A DNA stretch of 11,487 nt from Candidatus Woesearchaeota archaeon. Lineage in GTDB: Archaea; Nanobdellota; Nanobdellia; Pacearchaeales; GW2011-AR1. Both the position numbers and the translations under genes were made by a program. Where the stretch lies: positions 250,449 to 261,935 of the forward strand of contig CAZUTV010000001.1 of assembly GCA_964623495.1 (NCBI GenBank). Reading direction: 5' to 3'. This document shows positions 1 to 6,252 of this stretch, piece by piece; positions within the stretch are counted from its first letter, which is position 1, and every line of letters starts with the position of its first letter. The notes below the pieces were generated by a model, which saw only the letters and a list, made by a program, of their open reading frames with translations, was not told the origin of the DNA and ran no database searches.

Positions 1-19
1 CTTATATTCTAAAGAACAA

Positions 20-1099
20 TTAACACTGAGCAGCTGTATTTGAATTTGCTGCAGCAGTTGCTGTCCATCCAAAACCGGGAGCAGGAGCGCTTGTTGAAAG
101 CTGTTGGCTGCATTCTGCAGGAGCTTTATTGAAAGCTGCGCATATTGCATTCAAATATGAAGCAGAATCTCTTCCTGCACTTGATTCAACACCATTAATT
201 ATAAGTGTAGGCGATCCTTGAACACCGTACTTTGTATTAAGCTCTTTGTCAACATTGTATTGTGGGAATTGTCCTCCAGACCAGGTTGACTTATCATTAA
301 ATAGTTCAGTAATCTTGTATTGTGTATCAACTGCCTTGATACAGCTTTGTATCTGAGCCTCATTTAATCCAACACTCTTTCTGCAAGCAGCCCATTTTGT
401 AGGGTCATTTGCATCAAGGTAACATCTCAAGTAAGGTATAAGCTTATCTGGCTGTTTTTGCTGTATACATGTCTGCACAGTATTTTCATCAACCTCATTC
501 TTTCCGTGCATTGCATAAGATACAAATCTTAACTTAAAATCAATCTTGTTCTTTAATAATTCTAAAACCGGAATAAGTCCTTTCTCAGCCTGTGTTCCAT
601 AAGGGCAGATAGACATTACAAATAATTCAACTGTGGGCTTGTCTTTTTTAGGAATATTTTCGGCTACTGGCTGTCCGGAATTATCGCCCGCACTTGCCTG
701 CATAATATCATCAAAAGGCGTAACTCCCTGGACTAAATTCTCTCCATCAGCAGTAACATAAATAGGAATGTCTCGTGATTGATAGGAGATAACCACTTCA
801 TAAAGCCCATTCTTCATGCTAGAACTAACAAGAGTGGCGCTTCCATCTGTCTGTGAGTTGACAAAATCCATCACTTTCTTTTCAACATCAGTTTTATCGG
901 CAACACCTACCGCTCCCCCAGTCATGCCTGTAAAATTTCCTATTAAAAATATTAAAACAACAACGCCAAGCACAATTGTTGCAAGAATCCAGGGATTTTC
1001 CCTAACTTTATCAGTTATTACTCTTTCCTCTCTTAAATTTTCCTTTATTTCTGACTTAGCTACCACAGGTTTTTCTCCTAGGCTAACTTTATCGACCAT
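20..1099 (-). CDS. Membrane-anchored thioredoxin-fold (DsbA/GILT-like) protein with a monothiol CPYG site
   Basis: Long ORF. One N-terminal TM helix (PWILATIVLGVVVLIFLIGNF). FVMSICPYGTQAEKG sits where a CxxC active site would be. GSPTLIING looks like a cis-Pro loop. Many further Cys residues. Start set at ATG 1099 (MVDKV) rather than 1177, because a TATA hexamer ends 24 nt upstream of 1099 and lies inside the longer ORF. Confidence 0.7.
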   Translation of the reverse strand: MVDKVSLGEKPVVAKSEIKENLREERVITDKVRENPWILATIVLGVVVLIFLIGNFTGMTGGAVGVADKTDVEKKVMDFVNSQTDGSATLVSSSMKNGLYEVVISYQSRDIPIYVTADGENLVQGVTPFDDIMQASAGDNSGQPVAENIPKKDKPTVELFVMSICPYGTQAEKGLIPVLELLKNKIDFKLRFVSYAMHGKNEVDENTVQTCIQQKQPDKLIPYLRCYLDANDPTKWAACRKSVGLNEAQIQSCIKAVDTQYKITELFNDKSTWSGGQFPQYNVDKELNTKYGVQGSPTLIINGVESSAGRDSASYLNAICAAFNKAPAECSQQLSTSAPAPGFGWTATAAANSNTAAQC

Positions 1100-1120
1100 T
1101 AGATTTGTATGAAAACACCT

Positions 1121-1128
1121 TTTATAAA
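1121..1128 (-). promoter_or_regulatory. TATA box (TTTATAAA) for the thioredoxin-fold gene
   Basis: On the minus strand the TTTATA hexamer ends at 1123, 24 nt before the A of the ATG at 1099. Confidence 0.45.
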
Positions 1129-1182
1129 GATTGTGGTTCAATTTTCCATATTTGTACAGACATATCCCTAAATGCATCTAAA

Positions 1183-1190
1183 TTTATATA
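1183..1190 (+). promoter_or_regulatory. TATA box (TTTATATA) for the 95-aa ORF
   Basis: The TTTATA hexamer ends at 1188, 26 nt before ATG 1214. Confidence 0.45.
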
Positions 1191-1213
1191 AATTAAAACA
1201 GACATAAAAGAAA

Positions 1214-1501
1214 ATGAGATTGGATGAACTAACGAATCTGCATCTCCAGCAAGATGATGTGGTTGAATTCTGTCTTTGGCATGATGATAATCCAATAAGA
1301 TTAGGGTATTTTATCAGAATAGTAGAGCAATTGCCTTCAGAATATCAAGAAGGCCACAAAACTCCGCCCTATGTTGAAATAGGAAATAAAATGGAAAAGC
1401 ACGGGTGTGTCACAGATTCTCAAGAATATGCGCTGGAAGAATTAAAATGGTTCCACAGACACAGCATGAGTGCTTCAAAAACCCTGCACTGGTTTTCTTA
1501 G
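1214..1501 (+). CDS. Hypothetical small protein (95 aa), lysine-poor orphan
   Basis: The ORF fills the gap between flanking genes and has its own TATA at the expected distance. I recognise no motif. Only 5 Lys in 95 aa. Confidence 0.5.
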   Translation: MRLDELTNLHLQQDDVVEFCLWHDDNPIRLGYFIRIVEQLPSEYQEGHKTPPYVEIGNKMEKHGCVTDSQEYALEELKWFHRHSMSASKTLHWFS

Positions 1502-1587
1502 AATATACAGCTAAATATATAAATGATTTCTTATTATTTTGTTAATAAATTAAATTGAGAAATATATCATTTCTTTAATCACTCGTT

Positions 1588-1619
1588 GGGGTGGTCGGGG
1601 AGATGGTGGCGGGATAAAA
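1588..1619 (+). promoter_or_regulatory. G-rich 5' leader with Shine-Dalgarno-like GGAG/GGTGG ahead of the GTG start
   Basis: ggggtggtcggggagatggtggcgggataaaag directly precedes GTG 1620. It resembles the GGAGGTG anti-16S consensus. No TTTAWA hexamer lies 21-26 nt before the start, unlike the eleven promoter-proximal starts tabulated here. Candidate TATA boxes are further upstream (1516-1523, 1560-1567). Confidence 0.35.
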
Positions 1620-2930
1620 GTGGCTTACGATATAATAATAGGAAGAGATGAAAGCGATAAAAAAGCATTTGGTGATAAAGGCCTGGTTTTCCTTGGAAAG
1701 GGTTTTGTAAAAATGGGCCAGTACACCTCAATTTCAAATAGAATCCTAATGGACATTGCACGAAGTCATGTAGTTTTAGTTGCAGGAAAACGTGGATCAG
1801 GGAAATCCTATACTCTAGGCGTTATAGCAGAAGAGCTAAGCAACCTACCAAAAGAAGCAAGCCAGAACATTGCTTCATTGATGTTTGACACAATGGGGAT
1901 TTACTGGACAATGAAATTCAAAAATGAAAAAGATCGTGAATTGCTGGCGGAATGGAACCTTAAATCAAAGACTCTTCCTGTAAGGATATTTGTCCCATTA
2001 GGCCACTACGATAGCTACACCTCAAAGTCAATACCTGCAGATGAAAAATTTGCATTAGATGTTTCAGAGTTGCAGGCAGAAGACTGGATAGTAGCTTTTA
2101 ACCTTAATATAATAGATCCCATAGCTGTACTGATAGAAAGAATCTTGTCTAAGTTAAAAGAAAAAAAGAGCTTTGTGATAAAGGATATAATCACCAACAT
2201 AGAAGAAGACAAAAAATCATCCGAGAATACAAAAAACGCAGCAGTGGCGCTCTTTGAGGCGGCAAACAGCTGGGGGGTTTTTGCAGAAAGTTCAAGAGAA
2301 GTAACAAAGATAAAAGACCTTGTTAATGCTGGAGAAACGTCGGTAGTAGATTTAAGCGTCTACAATTCTGTTGGGGCGTTTAATGTCAGGGCACTGGTTA
2401 TAAGCATTATATGCAGAAAAATCTTCAATCAGAGAATGGAGTCAAGAAAAGCAGAAGAGGTTAAGTCTGTTTCAAAAGGCCTTGATTTTACAATGTCCTT
2501 TGAAAAAAAAGAAAATCCCTTGGTTTGGATTTTTATCGATGAGGCCCACGAATTTCTTCCTCTAAAAGGAAAAACCTCTGCAACAGATTCACTGATACAA
2601 TTATTAAGAGAAGGAAGACAACCCGGAATAAGCTTAGTTCTAGCGACACAACAGCCAGGACAGATCCATAGTGATGTCATGACTCAATCAGATATAGTTA
2701 TAAGCCACAGAGTTACTTCAAGCCAAGATTTAGCGGCCTTGAACCAAATCATGCAGTCTTATTTATTAGAAAGCATAAGGCAGCAGATGGACGATCTTCC
2801 TTCATTAAAAGGATCTGCTATAATACTAGACGACAATTCTGAAAGAATCTACCTTATGAAAGTGCGCCCTCGCTTCACCTGGCACGGAGGAGAAGCGCCT
2901 ACTGCAATAAAAGGCGAAAAAAAGCTGTAA
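1620..2930 (+). CDS. HerA/FtsK-superfamily P-loop ATPase (DUF87 / COG0433-like)
   Basis: Walker A is AGKRGSGKS (1782-1808) and Walker B is VWIFIDEAHEF. LLREGRQPGISLVLATQQPGQI...SHRV matches the family's arginine-finger/sensor region. N-terminal IIIGR..GLVFLGKG is also typical. GTG is the only canonical in-frame start after the stop at 1551-1553. The next ATG (M32) would remove the conserved N-terminus. Confidence 0.85.
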   Translation: MAYDIIIGRDESDKKAFGDKGLVFLGKGFVKMGQYTSISNRILMDIARSHVVLVAGKRGSGKSYTLGVIAEELSNLPKEASQNIASLMFDTMGIYWTMKFKNEKDRELLAEWNLKSKTLPVRIFVPLGHYDSYTSKSIPADEKFALDVSELQAEDWIVAFNLNIIDPIAVLIERILSKLKEKKSFVIKDIITNIEEDKKSSENTKNAAVALFEAANSWGVFAESSREVTKIKDLVNAGETSVVDLSVYNSVGAFNVRALVISIICRKIFNQRMESRKAEEVKSVSKGLDFTMSFEKKENPLVWIFIDEAHEFLPLKGKTSATDSLIQLLREGRQPGISLVLATQQPGQIHSDVMTQSDIVISHRVTSSQDLAALNQIMQSYLLESIRQQMDDLPSLKGSAIILDDNSERIYLMKVRPRFTWHGGEAPTAIKGEKKL

Positions 2931-2937
2931 AAAGGTT

Positions 2938-2945
2938 TTTAAATA
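2938..2945 (+). promoter_or_regulatory. TATA box (TTTAAATA) for the 61-aa ORF
   Basis: The TTTAAA hexamer ends at 2943, 21 nt before ATG 2964, and is preceded by purine-rich aaagg. Confidence 0.35.
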
Positions 2946-2963
2946 GGCATACTTCCTAAAATC

Positions 2964-3149
2964 ATGACACTTTACGGAACTCAGGAACAACACGAAAAAA
3001 TCCCTGGACTTTACAGAGATATTTCATTCCTTTCCGAGGATTTAGGAATAACAAGAGATAGTGGAGAATCGACTCCGAAGAAATATGTGGCAATAATAAC
3101 CACTAATCCTCTCACTGAGAAAATTCTAAGGGACAGAATGGGATTATAA
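2964..3149 (+). CDS. Hypothetical small protein (61 aa), lysine-poor orphan
   Basis: The ORF exactly fills an otherwise 213-nt gap, while other gaps in this window are 118 nt or less. A TATA lies upstream. No motif recognised. Confidence 0.4.
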   Translation: MTLYGTQEQHEKIPGLYRDISFLSEDLGITRDSGESTPKKYVAIITTNPLTEKILRDRMGL

Positions 3150-3917
3150 GATCCTAAAATCAATCCTTATCCTATATCTATAAGGCCCAATCTCGCCGGC
3201 ATTCTTAACTTTAAGTATCTTAATTTTTTTTCCAGCCTTTTTAGCCTCTATCAGAACTTTTTCTTTTATCATGCTTGTTTCATCATCCTTACAGAAATCA
3301 TAATAAAAAATTCTTGTCCCTTTCTTGCTTAAAGAAAAGGCCTCTTTCAAAAAACTACCCTTAAGCTGAGGACGTGGCATGACAATTACATCAAATTTTT
3401 CTTTTATCTTTCTCGCAACCCTCTTAATATCCCCCTCTACAAAGATTATTTTATCCTTGACTTTGTTCAACTCGGCATTTAATCTCCCATACACATTGGC
3501 CTCTTTATTGATCTCATTGCTGTAAACTTTTGCTCCAGATTTCTTTGCAATAACTACCGAATAAGGCGCCGCTCCTGCAAACATAACCAAAACATTATCC
3601 TTCTTTTTAATTAAACCAGAAATTTCTTTTCTTTCATTGCTAAGCCTAGGAGAGAAATATGTCTTGTCTATATTAAATCTAAAAGTGCAGTTATTTTCCT
3701 TGTAAATAACCTCTTTTGTTTTCTCGCCAGCAATAAATTTGGTCTCCTGTTTTCTAAGTCTTCCTTTAAACTTTCCTGTTTTTTCAAGGACTGTTTTTAT
3801 AGATTTATTTCTTAAGATCCTCTGTGCAAACTTTTTCTTGCTAACTTCTCCGGTTTCTCTTGGAAACTTTGTGATGGCTATATTTCCAAAAACATCAAAA
3901 GCCCTTATCTTATCCAT
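3144..3917 (-). CDS. Trm5/Taw2 (Met-10+) family SAM-dependent tRNA G37-modifying transferase
   Basis: FDVFGNIAI N-terminus, the YFSPRLSNER signature, the VLVMFAGAAPYSVVIAKK SAM-binding loop, and the tail DVIVMPRP...IFYYDF. At 257 aa it has no Trm5 D1 domain. Confidence 0.8.
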   Translation of the reverse strand: MDKIRAFDVFGNIAITKFPRETGEVSKKKFAQRILRNKSIKTVLEKTGKFKGRLRKQETKFIAGEKTKEVIYKENNCTFRFNIDKTYFSPRLSNERKEISGLIKKKDNVLVMFAGAAPYSVVIAKKSGAKVYSNEINKEANVYGRLNAELNKVKDKIIFVEGDIKRVARKIKEKFDVIVMPRPQLKGSFLKEAFSLSKKGTRIFYYDFCKDDETSMIKEKVLIEAKKAGKKIKILKVKNAGEIGPYRYRIRIDFRIL

Positions 3918-3940
3918 ATCAAAAAAAGCCGAAAAAACAA

Positions 3941-3950
3941 TTTAAATCTT
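3941..3950 (-). promoter_or_regulatory. BRE/TATA (AAGATTTAAA on the minus strand) for the Trm5/Taw2 gene
   Basis: The motif ends at 3941, 24 nt before the ATG at 3917. It is one arm of a perfect 9-bp inverted repeat. Confidence 0.55.
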
Positions 3951-3955
3951 TGGAT

Positions 3956-3964
3956 AGATTTAAA
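3956..3964 (+). promoter_or_regulatory. BRE/TATA (AGATTTAAA) for the 190-aa membrane protein gene
   Basis: The motif ends at 3964, 24 nt before ATG 3988. It is the second arm of the inverted repeat TTTAAATCT-N6-AGATTTAAA. Confidence 0.5.
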
Positions 3965-3987
3965 AAAACCCGCAACCTATTAAATTC

Positions 3988-4560
3988 ATGAAAAAGGGGA
4001 TAATATTGGCCATATTTCTATTACTGGGGATTGGTTCTGCCAGTGCCTATGGGCTGTTTGACGATCTATTCGACCCATACAATTTGGAGATGATAATGCC
4101 TGCGATTCTGTTTCTTTTTTTCTTTGCCTTAACAAGCTACCCTTTAGGAAAAACACTTAAAGACTCTCACGGAAATCCAAACCGAGCAACAATAACTATA
4201 GTTTCAGGATGCGTGTCCTTCTTCATTCTATACTGGATCCAAAGATCTGGCTGGGATTATCAATACATTTTCTCTAATTCTATCTCTGACTTTTTCTCTG
4301 GTGCAGGAATTTCAGTAACAGTGGTTTATCCTATACTCGGAATCGCCATACTTGCATTTACCGCTTACTTAATGGTAAGGCTTGGAATTGGTGCAGCCCT
4401 ATTCATAATAGGTGCTATAGCTGTTGTAATGTCATTTACAGATTTAGTATATCAATCAACTCTCCTTAGATTTGTAGGGTTTGTCTTAGTCACAATAGGG
4501 GCATTTTTATTATATAGAAGATCTCAAAGAACATATTATATGGGAAGAGCCTGGGCATAA
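3988..4560 (+). CDS. Hypothetical integral membrane protein with an N-terminal signal peptide
   Basis: MKKGIILAIFLLLGIGSASA looks like a signal sequence. Four or five hydrophobic helices follow. Promoter at the standard spacing. Confidence 0.7.
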   Translation: MKKGIILAIFLLLGIGSASAYGLFDDLFDPYNLEMIMPAILFLFFFALTSYPLGKTLKDSHGNPNRATITIVSGCVSFFILYWIQRSGWDYQYIFSNSISDFFSGAGISVTVVYPILGIAILAFTAYLMVRLGIGAALFIIGAIAVVMSFTDLVYQSTLLRFVGFVLVTIGAFLLYRRSQRTYYMGRAWA

Positions 4561-4562
4561 AA

Positions 4563-5111
4563 TTATCTTCTTCTGTAGCCTATCAAAGGGGTAACTCTTA
4601 GAGCTCTTGGTCCGCTGTCCCTTATAGTTATAATTCCCACTTGAAGAAAATGTCCGTCTTTGGCATAACATATTGGAGCAAACTGAAACCCTCTAAGAAG
4701 CCTGCTGGCAACACTTACAACACCCGATCCTTGAACACCATTAGCCTCTTCAGCATAGCTAACTCCTCCACTAACCTGCAAACCATCTGCTCTTTCAGCA
4801 TTGCTTACTCCTCCAGAAAACTGAAGTCCTTGAACCCATTGCGCAATTCCATAAACTCCCGAACCTTGAATTCCCTTAGCTCTACGCGCTCGACTAACTC
4901 CGCCAGTAAGTTGAATTCCTCTAGCTTCGTCAGCAGAGCTATAAACTCCATCTGCTTGAACTCCTTTAAGCAGTAATGTACGACTATAACCTGGAGAAAT
5001 CTCAAAACCATTATATTCTATGCCGCCTTCGTTTCCAATCAAGCCAATCTGCCCTCTAGTATCTTGCTTAGCTTCATTGGTAACTCCCAGTTGCATATCT
5101 AGTGATAACAT
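4563..5111 (-). CDS. Orphan repeat protein built of about eleven 15-residue G-[IVL]-Q-x-[ST]-G-G-V-S-x-A-x-x-A-x units; function unknown
   Basis: The ORF fills the whole gap between flanking genes. AAGATTTAAA ends 24 nt upstream of ATG 5111. The ORF-track start at 5120 is a TTG. No signal peptide or TM helix. 4 Lys against 15 Arg. Ends in GYRRR. Confidence 0.65.
   Translation of the reverse strand: MLSLDMQLGVTNEAKQDTRGQIGLIGNEGGIEYNGFEISPGYSRTLLLKGVQADGVYSSADEARGIQLTGGVSRARRAKGIQGSGVYGIAQWVQGLQFSGGVSNAERADGLQVSGGVSYAEEANGVQGSGVVSVASRLLRGFQFAPICYAKDGHFLQVGIITIRDSGPRALRVTPLIGYRRR
4695..5054 (-). repeat. Degenerate 45-nt (15-codon) tandem repeat, 8 units in perfect register
   Basis: Numbering from the ORF-track protein, Gly falls at residues 23, 38, 53, 68, 83, 98, 113 and 128. 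Examples are GIQLTGGVSRARRAK, GLQFSGGVSNAERAD and GLQVSGGVSYAEEAN. The pattern continues to the C-terminus after a one-residue slip. Confidence 0.8.
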
Positions 5112-5134
5112 AAAAACCAAAGAATGAATGTATT

Positions 5135-5144
5135 TTTAAATCTT
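5135..5144 (-). promoter_or_regulatory. BRE/TATA (AAGATTTAAA) for the repeat-protein gene
   Basis: Decamer identical to those at 3941-3950 and 6669-6678. It ends 24 nt before ATG 5111. Confidence 0.55.
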
Positions 5145-5173
5145 TCTATTGTCTCTACTTACTAATTACAACA

Positions 5174-6214
5174 TTAAAACCACTTGCCAAGATTTTTTTG
5201 CTTCATTCCCTCGTATGCTTCTTTTAGCTTATCCAGCTGCTTGTCCACCCTTTCTCTAGAAAAGTCATGCTCTTTAATAAGAATCTCTCTTATTTTATTC
5301 TCATTAATCTTAGGAAATTTAATGCTAAAATCCCTAACATCCGGCTTTTTGAAAAGCTCAAAGATCTCTTTCCAGTCAAATTTATCTTCTTCCTTTAAGC
5401 CAGAAAGCTGTTCTTCAACCGCTTTGAAAATAAAAACCGGGGATTTATACTTTTTAACAATATCAAGGGCCTTTTTCTGGCCTACGCCCGGAATTCCCTT
5501 AGGATTGTAATCTGTGCCAACCAAGATCCCCAAACATATTAATTGATCGAGATTAATTTCCAGCAAATTCAGAACTTTCTCAAGTTCAATTATTTCTGGC
5601 TTCACCTCAACCCATCCAGAAATGGTTTTTCTTTTTCTTGCCAGAGTCAAATTTTGGATTAAATTCTTGGCACCAAAAAGCAAGCTATCGTAATCCTGAC
5701 TAACACTTGCATAAATCTCATCCTTAATCCTACAAAGATAAGCGCTCTCTGCTTCTCCCTCCCCCGGAGCCTGCACAACTGCAATCCCCATGGCCTCCAA
5801 AAGATCCTTGCTCTCCTGAATCATTTCATCGTTTAATCTTGTAAGCTGCATGCTGTATTTCCTCATAGATTCCAAATCTTCTCTGTCTTTTGCATCCTCA
5901 TACTTTTCTCTTGCGCTATCTCTGACCGCCCCTCGCTTCTCCCAAGTCTTGTACTTTAGTTCTGGAGGCTTGCCGTCAAAAACATAAATAAGTTTAATTC
6001 CTTCAGAAAGCAGATTAATATTCCTGTAAAAAAGGCCAGAAAGATGGCTGGTAATTCTCTTTTTGTTGTCCATTAACGGAGTTCCATCCGGCTGTCTTAT
6101 AGTTGAAAGAAATTGGTATATAGTATTAAAAGCATCAACTGAAACAATCTTACCTTTAAGTTCATCAACATCCATCTCCCTTCTTGGAATAATATCTCTA
6201 ATGTTTAAACCCAT
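5174..6214 (-). CDS. fen: Flap endonuclease 1 (archaeal FEN1)
   Basis: MGLNIRDII...VDAFNTIYQF, VFDGKPPELK, APGEGEAESAYL, SQDYDSLLFGA and GTDYNPKGIPGVG. All acidic active-site clusters are present. C-terminal PIP box QKNLGKWF (5177-5200). Confidence 0.95.
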   Translation of the reverse strand: MGLNIRDIIPRREMDVDELKGKIVSVDAFNTIYQFLSTIRQPDGTPLMDNKKRITSHLSGLFYRNINLLSEGIKLIYVFDGKPPELKYKTWEKRGAVRDSAREKYEDAKDREDLESMRKYSMQLTRLNDEMIQESKDLLEAMGIAVVQAPGEGEAESAYLCRIKDEIYASVSQDYDSLLFGAKNLIQNLTLARKRKTISGWVEVKPEIIELEKVLNLLEINLDQLICLGILVGTDYNPKGIPGVGQKKALDIVKKYKSPVFIFKAVEEQLSGLKEEDKFDWKEIFELFKKPDVRDFSIKFPKINENKIREILIKEHDFSRERVDKQLDKLKEAYEGMKQKNLGKWF

Positions 6215-6233
6215 AAAAATGATAAAAGACCTA

Positions 6234-6241
6234 AATATAAA
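6234..6241 (-). promoter_or_regulatory. TATA box (TTTATATT on the minus strand) for fen
   Basis: The TTTATA hexamer ends at 6236, 22 nt before ATG 6214. It lies in the 38-nt gap after the upstream gene's stop. Confidence 0.45.
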
Positions 6242-6252
6242 TAATTAACTAA

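Noticed and set aside
71-79. A PGF tripeptide near the C-terminus of the thioredoxin-fold protein as a PGF-CTERM archaeosortase signal
   Set aside because: The sequence that follows (GWTATAAANSNTAAQC) is neither a hydrophobic TM helix nor followed by a basic cluster, so it lacks the tripartite sorting-signal architecture.
1100-1177. A 26-codon N-terminal extension (MHLGICLYKYGKL...) of the thioredoxin-fold ORF
   Set aside because: The TATA box at 1121-1128 lies inside it, with the hexamer ending 24 nt before the ATG at 1099. The extension is Cys/His/Tyr-rich junk ahead of a normal cytoplasmic N-terminus and TM anchor.
1588-1613. A possible G-quadruplex in the G-rich leader of the ATPase gene
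   Set aside because: There are only three runs of three or more G, with one 10-nt loop, so it does not fit a canonical G3+ quadruplex. A Shine-Dalgarno-type leader is the simpler explanation. A two-tetrad RNA structure cannot be excluded.
1502-1619. A tRNA, C/D-box sRNA or other ncRNA in the two longest intergenic regions (1502-1619 and 6646-6738)
   Set aside because: No acceptor or anticodon-arm complementarity and no paired C (RUGAUGA) and D (CUGA) boxes were found. The regions are explained by promoters, T-rich termination sequence and the ATPase leader.
4563-4574. The shared RRR-stop C-termini (GYRRR and KDRRR), with a similar aattatcttc sequence at 4561 and 6251, as evidence that the two Arg-rich orphans are paralogues
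   Set aside because: The match is only three residues plus the stop context. The rest of the two proteins shows no convincing similarity by eye.
4641-4976. A plus-strand 111-aa Ser/Asn-rich ORF, and the minus-strand alternative-frame ORF 4805-5011, inside the repeat gene
   Set aside because: These are shadow ORFs kept open by the 45-nt periodic sequence. They are shorter, low in complexity, lack a promoter at the right distance and do not span the gap between flanking genes.
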